This document shows, one piece after another, positions 35,838 to 44,908 of a DNA stretch of 45,391 nucleotides. Origin of the DNA: a virus (taxonomy: Duplodnaviria > Heunggongvirae > Uroviricota > Caudoviricetes); the IMG/VR virus record IMGVR_UViG_2778261297_000007, positions 1 through 45,391 of that record, one strand, 5' to 3'. The translations under genes and the position numbers were made by a program. The notes below the pieces were generated by a model that saw only the letters and a list, made by a program, of their open reading frames with translations, was not told where the DNA came from and searched no databases. Positions within the stretch are counted from its first letter, which is position 1; each line of letters begins with the position of its first letter.

Positions 35838-38800
35838 ATGACGACGACGATCATCAAAGGCCGCGGTAAAGGTGGCAGCAATCAGACCCGAACACCCGTT
35901 GAAGCACCGGACAGCATTCAGTCCATTGCAAGGGCAAAGGTGCTGATTGCGCTTGGAGAGGGTGAGTTCGCTGGCGGGCTTGATGGTAAAAACATTTTTC
36001 TTGGTGACTCATCTTCGTACACGCCTCTTCAGAACGCCGACGGAAGTTATAACTTCAATAATGTGAAATATGAGTTCCGTTCCGGTACTCAGGACCAGGA
36101 CTACATTCAGGGCTTCCCCGGCATTGAAAACGAACTTCAGGTTTCATACGAGCTGAAACAGGCTGTGCCGTACGTGCGCGCGGTATCCAACACGCAGCTC
36201 TCTGCGCTGCGAATTCGCCTGGGATGGCCAACTCTCTTGCTCCAGAAAAACAACGGCGACAAAGTCGGCACCCGCGTCGAGTATGCTATCGATCTGTCGG
36301 TAGATGGCGGGCCGTATGAAACGGTGGTTAACGGTGCTGTCGATGACAAAACCACGTCGCTTTATGAGCGCAGTCACCGCGTTAACCTTCCAAAATCCTC
36401 GACTGGCTGGCAGTTACGGGTTCGCAGAATCACGCCGGATTCCACGAGCGTGAATATCGTGGACACCATGCGCGTTGTAGCTGTAACTGAAATTATTGAC
36501 GCCAAACTTCGCTACGTTAACACAGCGCTGCTGTATGTAGAGTTTGACGCAAAGCAGTTCCCTAATGGCATTCCTCAGGTTGTGTGCAATCCGAAGGGGA
36601 GAATCATCCGTGTACCTGATACCTACGATCCTGAAACCCGCACTTACTCTGGTACATGGGAAGGTGTGTTTAAATGGGCATGGACGGATAACCCAGCCTG
36701 GATTTATTACGACATCATTCTGAACGAGCGTTTCGGGCTGGGGCAAAGAATCGATGCGACTCAGATAGACAAGTGGGAACTTTATCGCATCGCCCAGTAT
36801 TGCGATCAGCTGGTACCAGACGGCAAGGGCGGCAGCGGGACGGAGCCGCGTTTTCGTTGCAACGTTTATATCCAGGACCGTAATGACGCCTGGACCGTAC
36901 TTCGTGATCTGGCGGGTATATTTCGCGGCATGACGTACTGGGGTGACAATAAGATGTATGTCCTGGCTGATATGCCCCGCGATGTGTGGCATATCTATAA
37001 CCACGCCAGCGTAGTTGAGGGTAAATTTACCTTTGCGGACCCGAGTGAAACCACCCGAAACACTGCCGCGCTGGTGAACTGGTCAGACCCTGCCAACCAC
37101 TACAAAGATACGCCTGAGCCTGTTTACGATAGCGATCTGGCCATGCGCTTCGATTATCGTCAGCTCGAAATGACTGCGATCGGCTGCACCAGGCAGTCAG
37201 AGGCAAACCGGCGGGGGCGCTGGGCGCTGCTTACCAACGGTATCGGCGAGGTGGTGACCTTCAGCACAGGCATGGACGTCCCCCCTGTTGGTGAGGTGAT
37301 CGGCGTGGCTGCTAACGAGCTGGCCGGAAGAACTATCGGCGGCAGGGTGAGTGCGGTTAACGGCCGCAACATAACCCTCGATCGCGCTGCTGATGTGAAA
37401 GCCGGTAACAGGCTGTTTTTGAATCTTCCGTCAGGCACAGCTCAGGCCAGAACCGTCCAGGCCGTTAACGGAAACACAGTCACTGTCACCACACCCTACA
37501 GCGAAACGCCGGAGGCTGAATGTAACTGGGGTGTGGACTCTGACGATCTGTTTATAGCGCTTTTCCGTGTTACGGGAACGCGGGACAACAACGACGGTAC
37601 TTTCGAGGTCACCGGGACGACTTACAACCCTGATATCTATTCCGCTGTTGATACCGGCGCAAGACTGGACGAGCGGCCAGTCAGTGTCATTCCGCCAGGG
37701 GTTCAGGCTCCCCCAGGAAATATCGTCGTAGACAGTTACTCTACGGTTAACCAGAACATTGCGATTACCACCATGCGCGTTGCCTGGGATGCTGTTCAGG
37801 GTGCAGTTGCGTACGAGGCGGAATGGCGGCGTGACAGCGGCAACTGGATTAGTGTGCCACGAACGTCTTCTCTCGGCTTTGAAGTGCAGGGTATCTACTC
37901 GGGTCGCTATCTGGTCCGCGTCAGGGCGGTGAACGCCAGCGACGTTTCATCAGTGTTGGCGACATCACCAGAAGTAAATCTTACGGGTAAAGTGGGCAAT
38001 CCACCGAAGCCGGTTGGCTTCATCGCTTCTGAAAATGTGGTTTTCGGCATCGAGCTGAACTGGGGATTCCCGGCGAATACCGACGACACGCTGAAGACGG
38101 AAATTCAGTACAGCCTGACCGGAACCGAGGACGATGCGATGCTGCTGGCCGATGTGCCTTATCCGCAGCGCAAATATCAGCAGATGGGGCTTAAGGCTGG
38201 GCAGATTTTCTGGTACCGCGCGCAGCTGGTGGACCGCAGCGGAAACGAATCAGGGTATACAGACTTTGTGCGCGGGCAGGCCAGCATCGATGTATCCGAT
38301 ATCACCGATGCAATCCTGGAGGATATGAAAGAGTCGGAAACGTTCAAAGACCTGATCGAGAACGCGGTGGACAGCAACGAAAAAATTGCTGGCATGGCTA
38401 ACGATATCAAACAGGCCAACGACGAACTGGAGCAGCAAGCGAAAGATATCGCCAAAAATGCCCAGGACGTCGGGAAGGTTCAGACCAGCGTTAATGAGCT
38501 TTCCAGCACGGTCGGGAATGTTTCGTCTTCACTCAGTCAGCTTGAGCAGACCGTTGCGACGGCTGATACCGCCCTGGGCCAGCGAATCGACAACATCAGC
38601 GTTTCTATGGACGGCATGACGGGCGGGGTGAAGAACTCTGCTATCGCAATTATTCAGGGCAACCTGGCGCAGGTAGCCGCGCGTAAAACGTTGTCTGCAT
38701 CTGTAGCAGGGAACAGCGCTCAGCTGGACCGTCTCGACGAGGTGATCGTCAGTGAGAAGGAAGCCACAGCACGTTCATTGCTGAGCCTGCAGACGGACGT

Positions 38801-39395
38801 CAACGGCAACAAGGCATCCATCAACAGCCTGAATCAGACGCTCTCCGACTATCAGCAGGCCACCGCCACGCAGATAAACGGCATCACGGCGACCGTGAAC
38901 GGGCATACCTCCGCCATCACCACTAACGCTCAGGCTATAGCCAACGTTAATGGCGAACTCAGCGCGATGTATAACATCAAGGTGGGGGTGTCCAGTAACG
39001 GGCAGTATTACGCTGCCGGGATGGGTATTGGGGTTCAAAATACACCCTCCGGCATGCAGTCACAGGTAATCTTCCTGGCAGACCGTTTCGCCGTGACTAC
39101 TATGGTCGGCGGGACTGTAACACTGCCGTTCGTTATCCAGAATGGCCAGGCCATTATCAGGGATACAGTCATTGGCGACGGGACCATAAGCAATGCAAAA
39201 ATTGGCAATTACATCCAGTCGAACAATTATGTTGCCGGCTCTGTTGGCTGGAAACTGGATAAGTCCGGGACGTTTGAGAACTACGGTTCGACAGCTGGGG
39301 AGGGAGCCATGAAGCAGACCAACCAGACAATCAGCGTCAAGGATGGCAACAACGTTCTGAGAGTGCAGGTTGGCCGATTAACGGGGGTGTTCTGA
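35838..39395 (+). CDS. Central tail fibre / host specificity protein J-like
   Basis: 1185 aa; long blocks collinear with lambda J as recalled (…YCDQLVPDGKGGSGTEPRFRCNVY…). Confidence 0.85.
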   Translation: MTTTIIKGRGKGGSNQTRTPVEAPDSIQSIARAKVLIALGEGEFAGGLDGKNIFLGDSSSYTPLQNADGSYNFNNVKYEFRSGTQDQDYIQGFPGIENELQVSYELKQAVPYVRAVSNTQLSALRIRLGWPTLLLQKNNGDKVGTRVEYAIDLSVDGGPYETVVNGAVDDKTTSLYERSHRVNLPKSSTGWQLRVRRITPDSTSVNIVDTMRVVAVTEIIDAKLRYVNTALLYVEFDAKQFPNGIPQVVCNPKGRIIRVPDTYDPETRTYSGTWEGVFKWAWTDNPAWIYYDIILNERFGLGQRIDATQIDKWELYRIAQYCDQLVPDGKGGSGTEPRFRCNVYIQDRNDAWTVLRDLAGIFRGMTYWGDNKMYVLADMPRDVWHIYNHASVVEGKFTFADPSETTRNTAALVNWSDPANHYKDTPEPVYDSDLAMRFDYRQLEMTAIGCTRQSEANRRGRWALLTNGIGEVVTFSTGMDVPPVGEVIGVAANELAGRTIGGRVSAVNGRNITLDRAADVKAGNRLFLNLPSGTAQARTVQAVNGNTVTVTTPYSETPEAECNWGVDSDDLFIALFRVTGTRDNNDGTFEVTGTTYNPDIYSAVDTGARLDERPVSVIPPGVQAPPGNIVVDSYSTVNQNIAITTMRVAWDAVQGAVAYEAEWRRDSGNWISVPRTSSLGFEVQGIYSGRYLVRVRAVNASDVSSVLATSPEVNLTGKVGNPPKPVGFIASENVVFGIELNWGFPANTDDTLKTEIQYSLTGTEDDAMLLADVPYPQRKYQQMGLKAGQIFWYRAQLVDRSGNESGYTDFVRGQASIDVSDITDAILEDMKESETFKDLIENAVDSNEKIAGMANDIKQANDELEQQAKDIAKNAQDVGKVQTSVNELSSTVGNVSSSLSQLEQTVATADTALGQRIDNISVSMDGMTGGVKNSAIAIIQGNLAQVAARKTLSASVAGNSAQLDRLDEVIVSEKEATARSLLSLQTDVNGNKASINSLNQTLSDYQQATATQINGITATVNGHTSAITTNAQAIANVNGELSAMYNIKVGVSSNGQYYAAGMGIGVQNTPSGMQSQVIFLADRFAVTTMVGGTVTLPFVIQNGQAIIRDTVIGDGTISNAKIGNYIQSNNYVAGSVGWKLDKSGTFENYGSTAGEGAMKQTNQTISVKDGNNVLRVQVGRLTGVF

Positions 39396-39396
39396 T

Positions 39397-39699
39397 ATGG
39401 CTTATGGAATACAGACCTGGGATGCTTCGGGAAACCCCAACAACTACGGAATCAAGCCCGTTTCCGTTGTTGGACGTATACAACTTGCCGCCGGACAAAA
39501 CTCCGGCAGCTGGTCTTTCACTGTACCCTCAGGAATGAAGGTCGGTTTTGCGCTCTCACTTGATGAAGGAGGTAACAGCGTAGGGAGGAGCATTGTCGCG
39601 TCAGGGAACACAATAACCGTAACCGCAGCCTCTTCTGTGGGCCTGGGTAATTACCCGGCCTCTAAATGTGAGGTGGTCGTTTTCATGGAGAAAGCATAA
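39397..39699 (+). CDS. Hypothetical protein (paralogous domain shared with next ORF)
   Basis: 100 aa; G(I/L)xxWDASG and SGSW motifs shared with the C-half of the 39699-40373 product. Confidence 0.4.
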   Translation: MAYGIQTWDASGNPNNYGIKPVSVVGRIQLAAGQNSGSWSFTVPSGMKVGFALSLDEGGNSVGRSIVASGNTITVTAASSVGLGNYPASKCEVVVFMEKA

Positions 39700-40373
39700 T
39701 GGCCGAATTTGGCGCGATGATATTAATGGATAACGGGAATCCCTTTGTAACGCCACAATCAACGCCTTTCTGTCTTTACGGGAAGTATACCTTCAATTCA
39801 TCCGCGAATGGCAGTTCTCAGCAGGTTGCTCAAAATATCGCTTTAAACGCTGATTACCCAGTGATGGTTTTTATCAAAACCACCAATACAGCACAGCCCA
39901 CTCCGGTTATGTCTTACAGGAACGGCGGTAATGTGTATGTTGCTGGTGTTAATCCCTACAACCAAAGTTTCACTTTAACGGCGTACGTTTTTGCCATATT
40001 CCCGCAGATATTACCGAAATGGGGTTTGGCAATATGGGATGCGAGCGGAAAGCTTGTGTTAACTAATGAGTCCCGTGTGCTATCAGACCTGCAGACGGTT
40101 GGCACGCCTGGTGCAAACGGCGGGATAAATATTGACCAGACGCTGAGCGGGTCATGGGCCGTTGCACCTGCTCAGTTGGGTCAGACCATCATTGTGAATA
40201 ATTCAACCCAGCCTCCGACTATCTACACGATAAATGCTTATTCTTCATGCAGGTTTGACGGGGCCAATACGAGGATAAACGCAGGGGGGACCTCCACTGG
40301 GGCAGGTTCACCTGGAGGGGGAACGAATACTGGCATTTCATTAACCGCCATAAATACAGCGGCCTATGATTGA
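39699..40373 (+). CDS. Hypothetical protein with duplicated domain
   Basis: 224 aa; C-half (…KWGLAIWDASGKLV…SGSWAV…) is paralogous to the upstream ORF. Confidence 0.4.
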   Translation: MAEFGAMILMDNGNPFVTPQSTPFCLYGKYTFNSSANGSSQQVAQNIALNADYPVMVFIKTTNTAQPTPVMSYRNGGNVYVAGVNPYNQSFTLTAYVFAIFPQILPKWGLAIWDASGKLVLTNESRVLSDLQTVGTPGANGGINIDQTLSGSWAVAPAQLGQTIIVNNSTQPPTIYTINAYSSCRFDGANTRINAGGTSTGAGSPGGGTNTGISLTAINTAAYD

Positions 40374-40484
40374 TTGATCGTTTTTAGCGATCAATAACAT
40401 AATATTGATCTATCCAATCAATTATACCCACCAGAATTGTATTGGTATCGTCTAAGATACTGAATTCCTCTGGATACTATCAAA

Positions 40485-40718
40485 ATGAGAAAACTGATTA
40501 TCTGCATGGCAGGCGCTGTCATGCTTACAGGATGCGCTGGCGTAATTGAGAAACAGGAACCAGTTTGCAGCGGCACTGCAATCGTTGGCGGTCAGGAAAC
40601 TACGGTTCAGATTTACGGTGTGCGTAAACAAAACAACCAGACGCAGTACCGGGCTGGATATCCTTTCAGCTGGCGCTGGGTAAGTGCGAATACATTTACC
40701 GAAACAACCTGCAAATAA
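40485..40718 (+). CDS. Small lipoprotein, possibly Cor-like superinfection exclusion protein
   Basis: Signal peptide with lipobox (MLTGC); 77 aa; located among tail-fibre genes where Cor-type genes occur. Family assignment tentative. Confidence 0.4.
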   Translation: MRKLIICMAGAVMLTGCAGVIEKQEPVCSGTAIVGGQETTVQIYGVRKQNNQTQYRAGYPFSWRWVSANTFTETTCK

Positions 40719-40739
40719 CCCACTACGCTTAAACATAAA

Positions 40740-40762
40740 CCTCGCTCCGGCGGGGTTTTTTT
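40740..40762 (+). terminator. Hairpin + T7 downstream of the lipoprotein gene
   Basis: cctcgc-tccg-gcgggg followed by ttttttt. Confidence 0.45.
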
Positions 40763-40778
40763 ATTGCCTGGAGAAAAT

Positions 40779-41786
40779 ATGCTTTATAACACCGGCACCA
40801 TCGCCATTAATGGAAATACCGCCACCGGGACGGGTACAAACTGGACGGCACCGGCCAGCCAGGTTCGCGCTGGGCAGACAATTATCGTGATGTCTAACCC
40901 GGTGCAGCTGTTCCAGATTTCATCCGTGAACAGCGCCACGTCAATGACGATTACGCCTGCAGCTTCTCCGGCGCTGAGCGGCCAGAAATACGCCATTCTG
41001 GTGTCAGACATTATCTCCGTCGACGGACTGGCCCAGGCAATGTCGCAGCTTATCAAGGAGTATGACGAGAATATTGGTGCGTGGGAGACGTTCGCCACAA
41101 CCTCAGCCAACCAGAACATTACCGTTACGATCAATGGCACCAGTTTATCAATCCCGGCTCTTGGGAAATTACTGCAGAAGGGGAGCAACGGAGCTTTGCC
41201 GGTTAATCAAGGTGGTACCGGCGCAACGAATGCCGCAGACGCTCGCACAAACCTTGGTTTGGGAGAAGGTGCTCCAGCTATTGGCGTTCCGTTCTTCTGG
41301 CCGTCCGCCGCAATGCCAAATACTGTAATCGACAGTTGGTCCAGTATGGTGTTTTTGAAGTTCAACGGCGCGAAATTCTCTGCCACTGATTACCCTGTGC
41401 TGGCGAAAGTGTTTCCGGCGCTAGCATTACCTGACGCACGGGGTGATTTCATTCGTATCTGGGATGATGGGCGCGGGATTGATGTCGGACGTACCCTACT
41501 TTCAGGGCAATCACACACAATTATGGATCATGCACACAATATGGAATTGTGGACGGGGGACGGGCTTGCCGCAGGAAGTGCACGGGAAGGAGTAAACCCA
41601 GGAATACTGGCTACATACGGTGACGGGGGAATAGTTAAAACGGACGAACCCGGTCTTAAGGTGCCTTCCTCACTACGAGCTCTTAGCTCTCGTAGTGTTA
41701 AACGTTATGGTGAAATTAGTGGAAATGTAGATACAGAAACCCGTCCACGAAATATTGCATTTAACTTTCTGGTGAGGGCTAAATAA
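40779..41786 (+). CDS. Side tail fibre protein (constant N-part + invertible C-part)
   Basis: Gly/Thr/Asn-rich fibre-like sequence; the inversion crossover repeat lies inside the gene at 41254-41268. Confidence 0.7.
   Translation: MLYNTGTIAINGNTATGTGTNWTAPASQVRAGQTIIVMSNPVQLFQISSVNSATSMTITPAASPALSGQKYAILVSDIISVDGLAQAMSQLIKEYDENIGAWETFATTSANQNITVTINGTSLSIPALGKLLQKGSNGALPVNQGGTGATNAADARTNLGLGEGAPAIGVPFFWPSAAMPNTVIDSWSSMVFLKFNGAKFSATDYPVLAKVFPALALPDARGDFIRIWDDGRGIDVGRTLLSGQSHTIMDHAHNMELWTGDGLAAGSAREGVNPGILATYGDGGIVKTDEPGLKVPSSLRALSSRSVKRYGEISGNVDTETRPRNIAFNFLVRAK
41254..41268 (+). repeat. Inversion crossover site, left (inverted repeat of 43114-43128)
   Basis: ttggtttgggagaag, exact reverse complement at 43114-43128; embedded in palindromic caaacc-TT-ggtttg resembling gix/hix/cix sites. 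Confidence 0.6.
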
Positions 41787-42379
41787 TGATACCTGTTTTT
41801 GATGAAAATGGGCTGGCTACAGTGCCGGGCGATATGCGTTGTTTTTATTATAATGCAGTAACGTATGAATATACCGGCTGGTCTGATGAATATATTAATA
41901 CTGGCGTAAGTATACCCGCCTGTTCCACTGGTATTGACCCGGGCGAAAACATCCCGGGAAAAGTGGCAGTATTTACGGGTAAGGGATGGAGCCATGAAGA
42001 AGACCATCGCAATGAGACCGTTTACTCAACTGAAAATGGCGCAGCTGTTACAGTGGATTATATCGGTGCCATCAAAGACGGTTATGTCACGCTTTCACCG
42101 TTAACGCCATACGATAAATGGGATGGTGAGAAATGGGTGACGGATACCGAGGCACAGCATAGCGCCGCAGTAGAAGCGGCAGAAGCACAGCGCCAGTCGC
42201 TGATTGATGCTGCAATGGCTTCCATCAGTCTGATTCAACTGAAATTACAGGCTGGGCGGAAGCTGACGCAGCCAGAAAACACCCGACTTAACGCTGTGCT
42301 GGATTACATTGACGCGGTGACGGCAACAGATACCAGCACAGCGCCGGACGTCATCTGGCCTGAACTGCCGGAGGCGTAG
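41786..42379 (+). CDS. Tail fibre assembly protein (Tfa)
   Basis: 197 aa immediately after the fibre gene. Confidence 0.7.
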   Translation: MIPVFDENGLATVPGDMRCFYYNAVTYEYTGWSDEYINTGVSIPACSTGIDPGENIPGKVAVFTGKGWSHEEDHRNETVYSTENGAAVTVDYIGAIKDGYVTLSPLTPYDKWDGEKWVTDTEAQHSAAVEAAEAQRQSLIDAAMASISLIQLKLQAGRKLTQPENTRLNAVLDYIDAVTATDTSTAPDVIWPELPEA

Positions 42380-42794
42380 ACCATTCAATATCTGGCGCAC
42401 CGGAAGTATCGACCAGTTCCAGTGCGTCCAGATAATCCAGCCACAAATTATATTGCGCCAGTTCCTCACCTTTCAGACGACCAATTGATGCTTTACCTGG
42501 CCATTGTTTACTGTTTATGTATTCGTTGGCCTGGTTAATCAATTGCTGCTTTTTAGTTTCGGCTGATGCAATTTGTTCTTCACGTGTTGGTGGAGGAATA
42601 TCTGCCCATGCAGGCAGTCCATCCTCTCCGACACATCTGTATTTTCCTTCTGGTGGTGTATCATAGAAATATTCCCTGAAAATTACTTCGTCTATATCAA
42701 CACCTTTTTCTTCAGGCCATTCACCTTTTTCAACATAAAGAGACTGAAGTTCGTAAGGATATGCCAGGTTGTTTACGTACAGATATTTCATCAT
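42351..42794 (-). CDS. Alternative tail fibre assembly protein (Tfa') in invertible segment
   Basis: 147 aa convergent with tfa; C-terminal region similar to the + strand Tfa (…GAPD(V/I)(I/E)W…). Confidence 0.65.
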   Translation of the reverse strand: MMKYLYVNNLAYPYELQSLYVEKGEWPEEKGVDIDEVIFREYFYDTPPEGKYRCVGEDGLPAWADIPPPTREEQIASAETKKQQLINQANEYINSKQWPGKASIGRLKGEELAQYNLWLDYLDALELVDTSGAPDIEWSTPPAVQAR

Positions 42795-43147
42795 TACCAG
42801 CCCTTAGCGAAAAACGCACCACCTTCAAGACCATAATTGCAGTGAGCTATGAAGCCGGTAGTGCTCCAGTTGGTCGCCCCCCACATATTCCCGCCCCCGA
42901 AACCACCATCGCACACAATTACAATGCCCGGTGTCTGTGTAAATGGAATCGGGAATGAAACATTGGCGGATACAGGCCCGTGTTCACCAGGAAAACTAAT
43001 TCGTCCCCACTGTTCAATTGAACCATCTGGCATTTTTCGCCAGCCTGAACCTGATGCATATGATGACATATCAGGTATCTGATTTTCCCCTGTTCCCACA
43101 TTCCGTTTTGCCGCTTCTCCCAAACCAACCTTTTTTATAACCATCAA
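42794..43147 (-). CDS. Alternative tail-fibre C-terminal segment (expressed as fusion after inversion)
   Basis: Reads through the right crossover repeat encoding VGLGE, the same residues (LGLGE) encoded at the left repeat in the fibre gene; the first 6 codons lie outside the invertible segment. Confidence 0.55.
   Translation of the reverse strand: MMVIKKVGLGEAAKRNVGTGENQIPDMSSYASGSGWRKMPDGSIEQWGRISFPGEHGPVSANVSFPIPFTQTPGIVIVCDGGFGGGNMWGATNWSTTGFIAHCNYGLEGGAFFAKGW
43114..43128 (-). repeat. Inversion crossover site, right
   Basis: cttctcccaaaccaa = reverse complement of 41254-41268; ~40 bp upstream of the invertase gene. Confidence 0.6.
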
Positions 43148-43170
43148 AAATCTGGTGATGCTTCGCCGTT

Positions 43171-43193
43171 TCTCCTGTTTTCATAACAGGAGA
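43171..43193 (+). promoter_or_regulatory. Perfect 9-bp-stem hairpin sequestering the invertase RBS
   Basis: tctcctgtt-ttcat-aacaggaga; the 3' arm contains the AGGAG Shine-Dalgarno 8 nt before the invertase ATG. Confidence 0.4.
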
Positions 43194-43199
43194 AATCCC

Positions 43200-43754
43200 A
43201 TGATTTACGGTTATGCCCGAGTATCAACAAACCACCAGGACACTGAATTGCAACTAACGGCGCTCAAGTCAGCGGGTTGTGAGAAAATTTTTGAAGAGCA
43301 TGCCAGCGGGAGGAAATCGAATCGGCCGGTTCTAAAACGGCTCATCGCCACTATGCAGCCGGGGGATGAACTGGTGGTCTGGAAGCTGGACAGGATAGGC
43401 CGCAACGTTCTGCATGCGCTGTTGATGTTCCAGCAGTTACAGGAAAAGGGTATCAACTTCCGCAGTATTACCGATGGCGTGGATCTCAAAACAGCCAGCG
43501 GCCGCTATAACTTTCGTAACATCCTTTCCGCAGCACAATATGAATCTGATCTTAATAGCGAACGTACCTTAGCAGGGCTGGCCGTAGCCAGGGCAAAAGG
43601 GCGAGTTGGTGGTCGCAGGCCTAAGTTCACGGATGAGCAATGGGCACAGGCTGGGAGATTAATATTAAACGGCGTGGATAGAAAACAAGTGGCAATAATT
43701 TATGATGTCGCTGTATGCACGCTTTATAAAAAATTTCCGGTGGGACAGGCTTAA
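43200..43754 (+). CDS. Serine recombinase, DNA invertase (Hin/Gin/Pin/Cin family)
   Basis: N-terminal catalytic motif MIYGYARVSTNHQDTELQ (Ser in YARVST) and C-terminal HTH; next to the inverted repeats. Confidence 0.85.
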   Translation: MIYGYARVSTNHQDTELQLTALKSAGCEKIFEEHASGRKSNRPVLKRLIATMQPGDELVVWKLDRIGRNVLHALLMFQQLQEKGINFRSITDGVDLKTASGRYNFRNILSAAQYESDLNSERTLAGLAVARAKGRVGGRRPKFTDEQWAQAGRLILNGVDRKQVAIIYDVAVCTLYKKFPVGQA

Positions 43755-43796
43755 ATGATTGAAGGGCAGCTGCTAGATGGGCTGCCCGTCAAAGTA

Positions 43797-44060
43797 TTAT
43801 CCATTCTGCCGTACAGTTGGAAATTCAGACGTCAGCCACATGTCAGATTCATCAAACATTTCCTCCAGCATACGGTTCAGCTTTTCCCGATCACTTTTGC
43901 TGGCATCACTATTTAAGCCGTTCGCCTGCATCGGCTTCACTTTCACCTCGGCATCAGGGAAAATCTGGTGCACCCGCTTCGTCAGCTCGGCCAGAATAAT
44001 TCCTCTGGCCCCTTCAAGCCCCTCTACATTGCGTTTGTCATAAACCAGTTCAACGAACAT
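43797..44060 (-). CDS. dinI: DinI-family (MsgA-like) protein
   Basis: 87-aa acidic protein with DinI-like architecture; two LexA boxes immediately upstream. Confidence 0.7.
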   Translation of the reverse strand: MFVELVYDKRNVEGLEGARGIILAELTKRVHQIFPDAEVKVKPMQANGLNSDASKSDREKLNRMLEEMFDESDMWLTSEFPTVRQNG

Positions 44061-44077
44061 AAAAGCCTCCGGAAAAC

Positions 44078-44121
44078 CACTGTGATTGTATACAGTATTT
44101 TTACTGTAAAAATAAACAGTG
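44078..44121 (-). promoter_or_regulatory. Two tandem LexA (SOS) boxes upstream of dinI
   Basis: cACTGTgattgtatACAGTA (44078-44097) and TACTGTaaaaataaACAGTg (44102-44121), both CTGT-N8-ACAG. Confidence 0.6.
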
Positions 44122-44176
44122 TCAAGGCGAGCGGGATGCGAAAGGGGGAGGGGATTTTGTTACCCTTAGTTACAAA

Positions 44177-44213
44177 TAGAAAAACCCCAGACCGTGAAAT
44201 CTGGGGTTCTTTT
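44177..44213. terminator. Bidirectional hairpin terminator between ssrA and dinI
   Basis: aacccca-gaccgtgaaatc-tggggtt flanked by A-run upstream and T-run downstream. Confidence 0.45.
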
Positions 44214-44331
44214 AAAGTGCACGTGCATTTCACGTGCATATTTTTGTCTTTTCTCGGTCTGCCTGCTGTCTGGTCAGTGTCCGTAAGTGGCTGTTTTTAT
44301 TGCCGCTGTCCGGTTGCAGTCCTATCAAAAG

Positions 44332-44694
44332 TGGTGGAGCTGGCGGGAGTTGAACCCGCGTCCGAAATTCCTACATCCTCGGTACTACATGCTTAGTCAG
44401 TCTTTACATTCGCTTGCCAGCTGCGGACGGACACGCCACTAACAAACTAGCCTGATTAAGTTTTAACGCTTCAACCCCAGGCAGGGCTTCCACGCGATCT
44501 CTTTTGGGTTTGACCTCTCTTGATCCCCGTCCTAAGAGCGGAGGCTAGGGAGAGAGGGCTCTAAGCAGGTTATTAAGCTGCTAAAGCGTAGTTTTCGTCG
44601 TTTGCGACTATTTTTTGCGGCTTTTTACGAGGCCAACCGCCCCTCGGCATGCACCTTGGGTTTCGCAAATCCCGTCGAATCCAGAATCAGCCCC
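44332..44694 (-). ncRNA. ssrA: tmRNA (SsrA)
   Basis: Reverse complement begins GGGGCTGATTCTGGATTCGACGGGATTTGCGAAACCC and ends ...GGACGCGGGTTCAACTCCCGCCAGCTCCACCA; contains the tag-template region (...AAACGACGAAAACTACGCTTTAGCAGCTTAA). Confidence 0.9.
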
Positions 44695-44908
44695 AATGTG
44701 TAACGGTAAGTATACCAGATTTATGAGCGCCATGACCAGCCTCAATGGCGTTATCATTAAAGATTTAGCACCCATGTAGCCTGATTTTTATTCGATTAAG
44801 CAATGGGATGGCAACATTTGTGTCGGATGTGATAGCCAATAAGATGTTCATTCGCGCCGCCGGAGAGGGAGGCGCGGTGAGGAACTGGTCAATAATTGGA
44901 CTACAGGT

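Noticed and set aside
44695-44908. ssrA promoter call (TATACT -10 candidate near 44709-44714, minus strand)
   Set aside because: A plausible -10 exists but no convincing -35 at proper spacing; not reported as a feature.
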